Shown piece by piece: positions 47,901-56,629 of a DNA stretch of 64,000 nt; the stretch's first letter is position 1; each line of letters begins with the position of its first letter. The notes below the pieces were generated by a model. That model did not search any database. It was not told where the DNA came from and worked only from the letters and a program-made list of their open reading frames with translations. The DNA comes from Bacteroidales bacterium (GTDB taxonomy: Bacteria > Bacteroidota > Bacteroidia > Bacteroidales > WCHB1-69): positions 2,172-66,171 of the forward strand of contig JAFZXM010000028.1 of NCBI GenBank assembly GCA_017616775.1, read 5' to 3'. The position numbers were made by a program, and so were the translations under genes.

Positions 47901-49923
47901 TGACTCTACCATAGAATTTCCCGAATATGTTTTGGTAAATATGGTGGACGCCCGTTTTACCACCACCAAAAAGACTTATTGTAACAAAACACCGGTTCCT
48001 TTTACCAATACATCAGAAGTATTTCCCAAGTCATATAACAAAAATACCACTTTAACTTGCCGTTGGGATTTTGGTGACGGTTCACCCGTATATACGCAAA
48101 CCATTACCTCCACTTCAACCGCGGCACAAAAAGTGGTGCCTCACACTTACGATTTGCCCAATGTGATGAATTGTATTGCCGTTACGGTAACTTGTGAGGC
48201 AGAAGGAATGGATTGTTCTTCCACTTTTACCGATTCAATATGTATAACCCGTCCTATTGCCGCATTCACCGACAACGGTCATAATTATCCTTGTCCGGGA
48301 AGTACCGGTATCAATGCAAGTTTCTATGATAATTCTCAAGGAAACATTGTATATTATGAATGGAATTTCGGTGATACCGCAAGCGGTTCTGCCAACCATG
48401 CAGAAGGCAGCAAAATGGATACGGTTTTGCACTTGTATCGCACTGCCGGTACCTATGATGTGATTTATATAGTAACCGATGATGCAAGTTGTACCGATAC
48501 ATCTTATAATATCGGGTACTTCTTTATAGATGGTCCTGCCGGTGATTTCACTTATACTCCGCTTTCGGGTTGTATCAACTTGAAAATAGCATTCCAACCT
48601 ACCATTACCAATACTGACAGTATTATTATCAACCCTGATGGGGCAACTCAGGTAATTCGTTCAGGTATAGCCGTTAATAATACCGTTTATCACACATATA
48701 AAGCTCCGGGAGCTTATGTTCCGTTCTTCACTTTGATTAAATGGACCAATAATAACGGTAATCGTGAACGTTGCGTTGTGGAATGGTTAGGTGACGATAC
48801 TGTATGGGCAATAGAAATGAAGCCTGATTTTGATATAGATAGTCTATATTGTCCGCAGGTGCCTGTTACATTTAATAACACCACCACCGTTCAACCGGAA
48901 CTTTTGTCATTGGATTCCTCTACATGGTCATTCTATGAAGGTGGGGATACCACTACCATGGATAACGGACAAACCCAATACGATTCCGCCGGATTCTATA
49001 AAGTTACCATTACGGGTTATTCCAAATTATGTGCAAAATCTACCAGTAAATATATAGAGGTGATAGAAATACCCGATGTGAAGTTTATACCCGATACCGC
49101 CAAGGCATGTGACGGTTTGGAGGTTGTGTTCACCGTGGATTCAAGCACTATTACGCCTAAGCAGATGTCAAGAATAACCAAATATGAATGGACATTCAGC
49201 GATGGTGAAACCATGGAAGGACATCCTGCAAGCAGGGAATTCGCACAGTCCGGAAATTACACCTACGATGTGGATATCACCTATGTACCTAAAAATTGTG
49301 TAAAACGTTATACCGATACCGTTGTGATATTTGCTTATATTTCTCCTGTGGCGGACTTTACACCTACGCCTACCGAAGCAAATGCAGGCGAAACATTCAA
49401 TTTCATTGATGCTTCTACCAAAGGTGACGGCAAATTGGTTAAATGGTCATGGGATTTCGGTGATGATGAAACGGATTCCACCAATCAAAGTCCGAGTCAT
49501 ATTTATGAAAACACTTCCGGTTATATTACCGTTACTTTAGTGGTAACAGATGAATACGGATGTAAGAGCACGGTACAAAAACAAGTATTGGTTACGGAAA
49601 GCATGTCGTTCCCGAATGTACTCACCCCTGATGCTACCGTAGGAGGAGAACCTTGCGTGTTCCGTCCTATCGAAGATAAAGGATTCTTTAAAGAATTCAA
49701 GATGGAAATATACGACAAATGGGGCGTATTGGTATGGAAGAACAGCTGTACCGATCCTAACTGTCCTTCTCCCGGCACCGATTTCTGGTGGGATGGCCGC
49801 AATAAACAAGGCAGTCGTGTTTCCGACGGCGTGTACTATTGGGTGGTATATGGTATTCCATTGTCCGAAACCAACACTATCATACTCAACGGTTCTGTAA
49901 CCGTGATAGGCGGAACTAAATAG
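44980..49923 (+). CDS. giant PKD-repeat surface protein with type-B T9SS (gliding-motility-associated) C-terminal domain
   Basis: 1647 aa. Signal peptide MRKFFIISLVCLMSGTAMAQ. Many repeats of the form F..T....C.G..V.F.N.S....Y.W.FGDG..S....P.H.Y...G.Y.V.L.V....GC. C-terminus FPNVLTPDATVGGEPCVFRP...EIYDKWGVLVWKN...FWWDGRNKQGSRVSDGVYYWVV...LNGSVTVIG fits the TIGR04131-type domain. Confidence 0.85.
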   Translation: MRKFFIISLVCLMSGTAMAQIADFSWYYTNGTPCVPGTVTFTNTSTNPSDIQSIDWDFGDNTTHATTMDAVHPYTTAGTFTVTLTVRYSNTTKTKTATIRMVTPVTATFTTAGDTICPGEEVSFTSSVTAPGNAGQIQSYLWSFGDGGQSSQANPKYVYDNAGNLVVSYPVTLTVTDTNGCTSSYTVQNAVPMWQKPEVDFYASDSIFCYNNNTTTGTATFTNNTGVTTGNTYQWFFGPMNNPYQTSTAASPTVTFPQGTYNVTLVATSPKGCVDTLTKYNYIQMINFEALYNVSDTILCGVPSKTVVQGLNVRGTQYKWTWGDGYENFSANSYLEKTYRTSGTFDVVVQATAPQGCIAYDTFTIHVYDDVTGIPYVIDTNMCDPATPVYFYDSTAYNSNDNFGFKSTWWSFGDGMTGVGDTITHTYPALGDYDCQMIVTTPYGCVLDTVFFRVHFFAMSARAAVIDPAPPNPPHGCAPHSVTLANIVDSLVTSSPITDFIWRWDYFGDTTDTTNSLDVDVQSHTYQDTGVYQVYVTLINEQGCRYDVYINTIMVGYPPVCSFEFDFKEDCKASIGLNVRAYDVLDSNGNIVGDAYANEWTWIDPTTGSPIGSGDTSSVGFSSPGYHALQLSPSHNGCGGSGPTLDSTCYVCPPVVAFDNPKNDMDGTPPEYCDFINVQFAKTHDNCLGTAYRWGFGDGRYKQTWSDTLLPTDPDPSFYYCDTGGAEPGYLCNLEGVIVATLWAENTDSLDSTSPTYNRCGYCTDETQQVFLISPYRMNFTTDMGSENVYVCAGDSIRFWDSTEVLNCVSHELWGFSFISAADPAHAAWPLNDPYPTHGYKPVASKRPPIGGTWVKFYYPNSYVAVLQDTSSYGKCIFTDTLVVNVYPQSIPAFVSSRTKSNYYFGRDTLCLNNPDTLYLKDASFSPFPFENLRITGWEWVLGKDTSHLQNPALVDTIYGLKDLKLTVINEYGCDSTIEFPEYVLVNMVDARFTTTKKTYCNKTPVPFTNTSEVFPKSYNKNTTLTCRWDFGDGSPVYTQTITSTSTAAQKVVPHTYDLPNVMNCIAVTVTCEAEGMDCSSTFTDSICITRPIAAFTDNGHNYPCPGSTGINASFYDNSQGNIVYYEWNFGDTASGSANHAEGSKMDTVLHLYRTAGTYDVIYIVTDDASCTDTSYNIGYFFIDGPAGDFTYTPLSGCINLKIAFQPTITNTDSIIINPDGATQVIRSGIAVNNTVYHTYKAPGAYVPFFTLIKWTNNNGNRERCVVEWLGDDTVWAIEMKPDFDIDSLYCPQVPVTFNNTTTVQPELLSLDSSTWSFYEGGDTTTMDNGQTQYDSAGFYKVTITGYSKLCAKSTSKYIEVIEIPDVKFIPDTAKACDGLEVVFTVDSSTITPKQMSRITKYEWTFSDGETMEGHPASREFAQSGNYTYDVDITYVPKNCVKRYTDTVVIFAYISPVADFTPTPTEANAGETFNFIDASTKGDGKLVKWSWDFGDDETDSTNQSPSHIYENTSGYITVTLVVTDEYGCKSTVQKQVLVTESMSFPNVLTPDATVGGEPCVFRPIEDKGFFKEFKMEIYDKWGVLVWKNSCTDPNCPSPGTDFWWDGRNKQGSRVSDGVYYWVVYGIPLSETNTIILNGSVTVIGGTK

Positions 49924-49941
49924 AGATGGTAATGAATAATC

Positions 49942-49980
49942 AAGGTATCATTCAACTTTTTGTTGAATGATACCTTTTTG
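49942..49980 (+). terminator. strong Rho-independent terminator between the two giant genes
   Basis: Perfect 15-bp stem AAGGTATCATTCAAC / GTTGAATGATACCTT with loop TTTTT, followed by TTTG. Confidence 0.8.
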
Positions 49981-50046
49981 ATATCGGATTATAAAAAAAT
50001 TATTCTGCAGGCAACAAAAATCAATAAATTTTCATCCTATGTATAG

Positions 50047-53000
50047 ATGAGACGGTCAATGAAAAAAAGAGGTTTTTGTTTGATGGCATTTTTAATGCTG
50101 TATGTATGTGCATCACATGCGCAAACGGCCTCTTTTACCGTCAGTCAAAATACCAAATGCGTTCCCTCTACCGCCACGCTTACCAATACAAGCATCGGTA
50201 CTGTGGTGGCTGTGGATTGGGATTTTGGAGACAATAGCACACATTATACCCAGCTGTCACCTTCGCCTCAACACCCTTACGATAATCCTGGCGTTTATGT
50301 CATTACGCTGATAGTTACTTTTGCAGGTAATGTTAAAGATACGGCCAAGCAAGTGATAGAGGTATATACCAAGCCTATATTTACTTTTTTTGCCGCCGAC
50401 GACAGCATTTGCGCAGGAGAAAGTATTCAATTTACTTCCGCTATCGCTCAGTCGAACGGCATCCGTTCTTATTTCTGGGATTTCGGAGACGGTTTGTCGT
50501 CTTCCCAAGCAAGTCCTCTGCATTATTATAACAATAATGTTACCAGAAAGTATAATGTGTCGCTCACCGTTGTTGATACCAACGGGTGTGACAGTATAGT
50601 GAGTTTTGACAATTATATTGCTGTAGGGCGTACACCCCAAGCGGATTTTACTACAACAGACACTTTTTTTTGTGTGGGCAATAATGCCGCCTTGGTCCAT
50701 TTTACCAATACCAGTGCCGATGTGGACAGCAATACCTATATCTGGGATTTCGGTGATAATTCCATGTCTTATGCCAAATCGCCCACCCACACTTATGTGA
50801 TCGGAAATCAACCGGCCTCTTACGATATTACCCTTATTGCCCGTTCTCCTTACGGGTGTGCTGATACCGTTACCTATAAAAATAAAATACGGATAGGTGC
50901 ATACACTCCCCATATTTCAGTGTCTGATACCATTTTTTGTTATCTGCCGGCATCGGTGCTTTTGATGGGATTGGATGCAGGAGCCACCTATACCTGGACA
51001 ATAGATACCAATAAATATATTTCCACCAACAAAGGAATTACCTATGAGTATTACGACAGAGGTGAAAAAACCATTTATCTTACTGCTGTTTCATCCGAAG
51101 GATGTATAGGCTATGATACAGTACATATTCATATTTACAAGCAGGATACGGCCAAAATACAAATTGATATGGATGGGTGTTTCCCTGATTTTGAATTCAC
51201 TTTTACCAATGCCACCCAATATTTATATAACGATGACTTTGGTATGGAACAAGTATTGTGGATGGTGGAAAACAGAAGCGATACGGTGCGGGGTGATACT
51301 GCTAAAACACATTATAATCATTATATATCTTGTCTCTATCCCAAAACGGTATTTGCTATTGTCACCACTCCTTACGGCTGTGTGTTGCCTTTAGCTATGG
51401 AAACTTATTGTATAGACGCCCCCGTGGTGTCTTGGAATGCAATTACGGATTCCACCGATTTATGCGGGCCGCATGAAGTGTGCTTCTATAATTTTTATCG
51501 GTTTTATCGTTACGAAAGAGATTCCATGGATATGAATCTTACCATATATTGGGATTATGAGCATAATTTGGACGATACTGCCATGCTGTATCATTTTTCG
51601 TATTATGATACCATCTGCCACTATTATGATACGGGAGAATATGTGATGTGTGTGTTCATAGAAGACACTTGTTTGATTTATCGTGAAGAATCTTTTGAAT
51701 TCGGATATAAGCCTTTGGTGAATTTTTCCTATAATTTTGTGCAGGATTGTTATTCTGATTTTGCGTTTGACGTGAATTTGTACGATTCCGTGGATGCCAA
51801 CGGCAATTTGGTGGCGCGGACAAAACACAACAGATATTGGTGGTTTGACCCTGATCATCCCGATGAAGTAGTTCTTGTTGACGGGCCAAAAGTTACAGTG
51901 CCTCATTTGGGCTTACAACGTTTAGGTGTGTTGACAACTCACTATAATTGTCCTTCCGATACTGTTATACACGATTCGGTGGCGTACATATGTCCGCCGG
52001 GAATAGACTATAATGCCACATTGCCTGCAGCATCGGATTATATACTATGCGATACTACAAAATTGCTGTTTCAGCCCGTATATTATCCTCTTGGTGATGC
52101 CACTTCATCGCAGTGGTATTTTGGCGACGATACCATACTGGCACAGCAAACCACTACCGGACTGATTCCTTCCGACAGTGCAGTCACATTTGATTTCCGC
52201 CAAACAAAAAACAATGCCTTATATACCCAAAGAGGCTATTTTGTCAATACTTTGATTGCCATTAATGATGATTCTGTTGATATATATAGCCCTACTTATA
52301 ACAGATGCAAATATTGCGAAGATACAGCCTTTAAAGCTGTCATCATATCGGTAGCGGAACCGTCTGTTTCCGATTCTCTTAATGTCTGCAGAGGAACACG
52401 GTGCGTATTGTATGATTCTTCAATATGTAATTCAAGTTTTCTTTATTGGGGATTTAAGTTGGTTAATACACAAGATGTTACCGATGTTATCAAATTGGAT
52501 ACCATACGTATGAAAAATAAAATCAGGCATGAACTGAATTCATCACTGTTAAAAGGAGGAACCACTTATCAAGGGTTAATTTATGATGAGGATAGCGTGG
52601 GGTGTGAACGGGCATATCCTGTTAATTTATTTATTCATCCCTCCAGTAAGCCGGCATTCAAATCCAGTACCGACAGTATAGATTTTCATACGCGGCAGGA
52701 AGTGTTTTGTGCCAATAGCCCCGATACTTTTTATTTAAAAGATGAATCCTATACCGAGGCTCCTTACGACAGCACCGTTATAACCAATAGAAGATGGATC
52801 ATCTTTGACGATACTTCCTATGCAGCCAATCCTGTATTTGTGTCCGACACCAATGCCGGATATTATAATGTGCGTTTGACCATTACAAATGAATATGATT
52901 GTGAATCCACCATCAATTCTTTAGGATATATATTGATTAAAAGAGTGTTTCCTGAATTTATCCCGGATAAACATGTTATTTGTAATACGGATGATGTAAT

Positions 53001-54870
53001 TTTTACAAATAATTCCTATGTGGATCCCTCTGATGACAGTAATTTTGTATGTTTGTGGGATTTTGGGGATAGCACAACCCTTGTTACCATAGGAAATGCA
53101 AAGGTAAAGCATCATTACAGCTATCAGCCCGGAATGGATACTATTATAGTGAGTCTTACTGTAACATGTGCAGATATTGATTGTTATGAAATGTATTTTG
53201 ATACCATATACATGTCTAATATTACAGCTCTTTTTACCGATACGGGTCATGTGTATCCCTGTCCCGGTTCGGTGGGGCGCACCATCACCTTTCAGGATAG
53301 TTCCATGGGAGATGTGGAATGGTGGAAATGGAATTTCGGCGACAGTGTCAGCGGCAGTGCCAATGAAGTGGCAGGCATGGATATGGATACCGTCATACAT
53401 CATTACAGTCATGCGGGATATTATGATATCACCCTTATAGTACGGGATAATATCGGTTGTTATGATACCCTGTATATGCCTCAATATGTGTTTATAGACG
53501 GTCCTATCGGAGATTTCGCATATGCGCCGCTTTCCGGTTGTACTCCATTGGATGTGGTGTTTACCCCCAGTATTACCAATGCCGATACTTTTATGGTGAA
53601 TCCGGATGGTGCCAATGTGATTGTCAAAGGGGGAAGCATGGTATATGATACTTGTTCTTTTACCTATACCTTGCCCAAGCCTTATGTTCCTTATTTCTAT
53701 CTTATTAAATGGACCAATCACAATGGGAAAATGGAGCAGTGCATCTACGAATGGAGGGGAAAAGATACCATTTGGGCTATACAGCTTGATGCAGACTATC
53801 TGTCGGACAGTTTGTATTGCCCCTATGACCCTGTGCAGTTGATCAATATCTCCACTACCGATCCTGTATCGGCAGGTATAGATTCTGTATGGTGGGATTT
53901 CGGAAATGGCAGTACATCCAACAATTATCACGGCACCACCATGTATTCGCAAGGAGGAGATTATAATGTGTCCATGCATGTGTATGCTAAACAATGCGAC
54001 AGCGTGGTAACACAAACAGTGCATGTGGCGGCTTTGCCGATGCTGGAATTTTTACCCGACACCATATCCGATTGCGGCATGTCGGAAGCCGAATTCAGGT
54101 TGCAGGACAGCACCTATGCGGACTCCATATCTCATTATGAGTGGTTGTTTGCCGATGGGGACAAGTCAACGGATTATCCCTGTCAACGCTCCTTTTCTTC
54201 AAGTGGCAGTTATAGTTATGAAGTGCATGTGACCTTTGCCGGCACGGAATGTACCGCCATTTATTACGATACGGTGAATGTGATCAATCTTCCGCCGCCC
54301 GTAGCCGAATTTGACGCCACCCCATGGGTGTGCAAATACGGTGATCCCATTCAATTTACCGATTTGTCAACCGCCTTTGCCGGTGGTATTAAATCCTGGT
54401 ATTGGGATTTTGATGATAATCAAACGGATACAATTCCTAATCCGAGCCATACTTATGTGGGAGTATCAGGAGAATTTAATGTGATGCTAAAAGTTATAGA
54501 CGCTTACGATTGCGAAGATACGGTGATACACCCTGTAACGGTATTGGCGGGATTGGATTTCCCTAATATTTATACACCTGACGGAGTGTGTGAGGGTCTG
54601 CCTTGCGTGTTCAAACCTTTATCCGATAACGGTTATTTTGACCAATTCAGCATGACCATTTACAATCGCTGGGGGGGCATAGTGTGGAAAAGCAATTGTA
54701 ATGCCCCCAATTGTCCCGATTATGACAATAGTTTCTGGTGGGACGGCAAAGACCTGCATGGAAACAGAGTCGCCGACGGAGTGTATTATTGGGTGGCCAA
54801 AGCCGTGCCCATGTCCGGTAAAGATGCTATTATACTCAATGGCTCTGTTACGGTAGTGAACGGAGAGTAA
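50047..54870 (+). CDS. giant PKD-repeat surface protein with type-B T9SS C-terminal domain (collinear paralog of 44980..49923)
   Basis: 1607 aa. Signal peptide MRRSMKKRGFCLMAFLMLYVCASHAQ and the same repeat grammar. C-terminus FPNIYTPDGVCEGLPCVFKP...TIYNRWGGIVWKS...FWWDGKDLHGNRVADGVYYWVA...LNGSVTVVNGE. Confidence 0.85.
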   Translation: MRRSMKKRGFCLMAFLMLYVCASHAQTASFTVSQNTKCVPSTATLTNTSIGTVVAVDWDFGDNSTHYTQLSPSPQHPYDNPGVYVITLIVTFAGNVKDTAKQVIEVYTKPIFTFFAADDSICAGESIQFTSAIAQSNGIRSYFWDFGDGLSSSQASPLHYYNNNVTRKYNVSLTVVDTNGCDSIVSFDNYIAVGRTPQADFTTTDTFFCVGNNAALVHFTNTSADVDSNTYIWDFGDNSMSYAKSPTHTYVIGNQPASYDITLIARSPYGCADTVTYKNKIRIGAYTPHISVSDTIFCYLPASVLLMGLDAGATYTWTIDTNKYISTNKGITYEYYDRGEKTIYLTAVSSEGCIGYDTVHIHIYKQDTAKIQIDMDGCFPDFEFTFTNATQYLYNDDFGMEQVLWMVENRSDTVRGDTAKTHYNHYISCLYPKTVFAIVTTPYGCVLPLAMETYCIDAPVVSWNAITDSTDLCGPHEVCFYNFYRFYRYERDSMDMNLTIYWDYEHNLDDTAMLYHFSYYDTICHYYDTGEYVMCVFIEDTCLIYREESFEFGYKPLVNFSYNFVQDCYSDFAFDVNLYDSVDANGNLVARTKHNRYWWFDPDHPDEVVLVDGPKVTVPHLGLQRLGVLTTHYNCPSDTVIHDSVAYICPPGIDYNATLPAASDYILCDTTKLLFQPVYYPLGDATSSQWYFGDDTILAQQTTTGLIPSDSAVTFDFRQTKNNALYTQRGYFVNTLIAINDDSVDIYSPTYNRCKYCEDTAFKAVIISVAEPSVSDSLNVCRGTRCVLYDSSICNSSFLYWGFKLVNTQDVTDVIKLDTIRMKNKIRHELNSSLLKGGTTYQGLIYDEDSVGCERAYPVNLFIHPSSKPAFKSSTDSIDFHTRQEVFCANSPDTFYLKDESYTEAPYDSTVITNRRWIIFDDTSYAANPVFVSDTNAGYYNVRLTITNEYDCESTINSLGYILIKRVFPEFIPDKHVICNTDDVIFTNNSYVDPSDDSNFVCLWDFGDSTTLVTIGNAKVKHHYSYQPGMDTIIVSLTVTCADIDCYEMYFDTIYMSNITALFTDTGHVYPCPGSVGRTITFQDSSMGDVEWWKWNFGDSVSGSANEVAGMDMDTVIHHYSHAGYYDITLIVRDNIGCYDTLYMPQYVFIDGPIGDFAYAPLSGCTPLDVVFTPSITNADTFMVNPDGANVIVKGGSMVYDTCSFTYTLPKPYVPYFYLIKWTNHNGKMEQCIYEWRGKDTIWAIQLDADYLSDSLYCPYDPVQLINISTTDPVSAGIDSVWWDFGNGSTSNNYHGTTMYSQGGDYNVSMHVYAKQCDSVVTQTVHVAALPMLEFLPDTISDCGMSEAEFRLQDSTYADSISHYEWLFADGDKSTDYPCQRSFSSSGSYSYEVHVTFAGTECTAIYYDTVNVINLPPPVAEFDATPWVCKYGDPIQFTDLSTAFAGGIKSWYWDFDDNQTDTIPNPSHTYVGVSGEFNVMLKVIDAYDCEDTVIHPVTVLAGLDFPNIYTPDGVCEGLPCVFKPLSDNGYFDQFSMTIYNRWGGIVWKSNCNAPNCPDYDNSFWWDGKDLHGNRVADGVYYWVAKAVPMSGKDAIILNGSVTVVNGE

Positions 54871-55037
54871 TATATTCCGCTTTATAGGGTATAGTATCAG
54901 TGTCGGCACCGGCTTCAGGTAAAATGCAAAAGTTTTTGTTTATGTATCAAAGAATAATGGATTTTTAGAAGTTATTTTTTTTGATTATTATTTTTTGCAT
55001 TAAAGGATTTTTATATTTATTAAAATTGTATATTTGC

Positions 55038-55370
55038 ATGAAACGCCGTAAATGGAAAAAATGCTCTTTTCTATGTGGCAGCCGGTGATGGAATAGTTGC
55101 AAAAATCAATTATCAAGATTTGAACATCTCTGATGCTTCACTTCAAACTACCATAAATGTTTATCCCAACCTGCCAAAGATTATATCTATATAGACCTTC
55201 CGGAAGAGAATATAAAAAGCGCCTATTTGTATAATGTATTGGGAGTTTTGCTGAAAGAGCAAAAAAGTAATGCGACAAGCTTGGATATTTCCTCTTTGCC
55301 GCAAGGAATATATTTGTTGTCTATTGAAACCGATGAAACTGTTATTGCTAAAAAAATTGTTAAGGAATAA
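55038..55370 (+). pseudogene. decayed T9SS type-A cargo gene (start stub plus C-terminal sorting domain, frameshifted)
   Basis: ATG at 55038 gives MKRRKWKKCSFLCGSR then a stop. Another frame reads ...AAGDGIVAKINYQDLNISDASLQTTINVYPN, then a 1-nt deletion near 55170. The third frame continues PAKDYIYIDLPEENIKSAYLYNVLGVLLKEQ...GIYLLSIETDETVIAKKIVKE-stop, a canonical CTD whose end resembles the CTD at 1740-1958 (KKIIKE-stop). Confidence 0.7.
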
Positions 55371-55383
55371 AATTTATCTGTAA

Positions 55384-55509
55384 ACATCCCCTTTTATTGA
55401 TATTGGAAAATATGATGAGGATACAGGAGAATATTTTGACTATTATTCGGGTATAAATATAGGGCATACTTATGAAGATCTAACTGTTCGGGCTGTCAAA
55501 AAGTTTTAG
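55384..55509 (+). pseudogene. 3'-terminal relic of a DUF1566-type gene
   Basis: Open frame IDIGKYDEDTGEYFDYYSGINIGHTYEDLTVRAVKKF-stop aligns with the C-terminus of ORF 1981..3285 (YDIGINDFGKYHDYYGSIMIGETYREICVRAVKKF-stop). No start codon and no upstream domain. Confidence 0.7.
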
Positions 55510-55530
55510 CCTATGGAAAACGTAATAGCA

Positions 55531-56628
55531 TTACCATGTAATATTCGTCATAATACATTCATGGTCAGAATAGCCTGTGCGGGATGTATGGTATTCGTAG
55601 GCGGAAAGGTCGGGGTGGAGTAATATATAGTCTATGCGGAATGCAAATAATTTATTGATGGTCATGGTATTGCCAAATCCTTTTCCGCTTTCCGCAAAAG
55701 CATCTTTTTTATTCCCTTTCAGTTGGCGATAGGCGTAAGACCATGGAGTATCGTTAAAATCGCCGCATAGTATGGTTTTATAGGGAGAAGCCTGTATGTG
55801 TTGTAAAAGTCGGCTTACCTGCTCACTGCGTTTTACGGAGGCATTTATCACTTTGCGGGCCAAAGCTTTACTTCCTTGTTTGAATTCATCGGAAGTCATG
55901 CCGGAAGGTTTGGTGGCTTGTCGGGCAAAAGAATAGTCTGTATTGGCAAAATGCATGGATTGTAAATGTATGTTATATATCCTAAAGGTATCGCTGCCTG
56001 CATCAATATCTATATATGAAGCGTGGTTGCCTGTGGAATTGTCAAAGCGGATATCACCATGGTCTATAATGGGATATTGGCTGAATGTGATGAGTCCGTA
56101 TGTGTCATTACCCTCTGTAACGCAAGTGGATTTGTAAAAATATTTGACATCGGCTTGGCTGATGATTTGTTGTGCATTCTTTTCCTTGCGGTCGTAAAAT
56201 TCCTGCAAACATATAATATCGGGCTGCTCTTCCGCCAAAAAAGAGATAATACTGTCTTTTTGATGAATACTGTGGTTATCTACGCCCATTACATGCACAT
56301 TGTAGCTCATAATTTTCATGCTTTGTGAGTTTTCGGGCAGGGAAACGGCTTTCAACTGTACAAATTTGCCCACATTGGACCAACCTATAGCTATGGCAAT
56401 AATTGACCAAAATGCATGTTTGTTTTTTGTGATAGCCCAATAGATGATAAATAAAATGTTGACAATAAGAGTGTAGGGGTATAATATGGAAAAAATGCTG
56501 AGTTTGGGAAATGTTTGGGGATTCAGCAGTTGGCATAGGTAGGATAGCAGCAATAGAGCGATAAAGCACCCGTTGAGTATTAACAATACTATTCTTACAG
56601 GGAGGCCGATTCCGTGTTTTTTTGCCAT
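55531..56628 (-). CDS. membrane-anchored endonuclease/exonuclease/phosphatase (EEP) family protein
   Basis: Start at MAKKHG (ATG 56628, 1 nt after the upstream stop). N-terminal TM helices, then MKIMSYNVH, IICLQEF, ILCGDFN and SDHECI, the EEP catalytic motifs. Confidence 0.8.
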   Translation of the reverse strand: MAKKHGIGLPVRIVLLILNGCFIALLLLSYLCQLLNPQTFPKLSIFSILYPYTLIVNILFIIYWAITKNKHAFWSIIAIAIGWSNVGKFVQLKAVSLPENSQSMKIMSYNVHVMGVDNHSIHQKDSIISFLAEEQPDIICLQEFYDRKEKNAQQIISQADVKYFYKSTCVTEGNDTYGLITFSQYPIIDHGDIRFDNSTGNHASYIDIDAGSDTFRIYNIHLQSMHFANTDYSFARQATKPSGMTSDEFKQGSKALARKVINASVKRSEQVSRLLQHIQASPYKTILCGDFNDTPWSYAYRQLKGNKKDAFAESGKGFGNTMTINKLFAFRIDYILLHPDLSAYEYHTSRTGYSDHECIMTNITW

Positions 56629-56629
56629 A

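Noticed and set aside
52921-54024. Long antisense ORFs inside real genes (e.g. 52921..54024 at 367 aa, 45529..46419 at 296 aa, 34223..35101 at 292 aa, 21151..21900 at 249 aa, 59152..59874 at 240 aa, 61302..61967 at 221 aa, 20517..21101 at 194 aa), considered as possible overlapping genes.
   Set aside because: All lie entirely within strongly supported genes on the opposite strand. Their translations are compositionally odd (rich in I/H/R/C/F) with no recognisable motifs, and none has a promoter box upstream. They are typical shadow ORFs.
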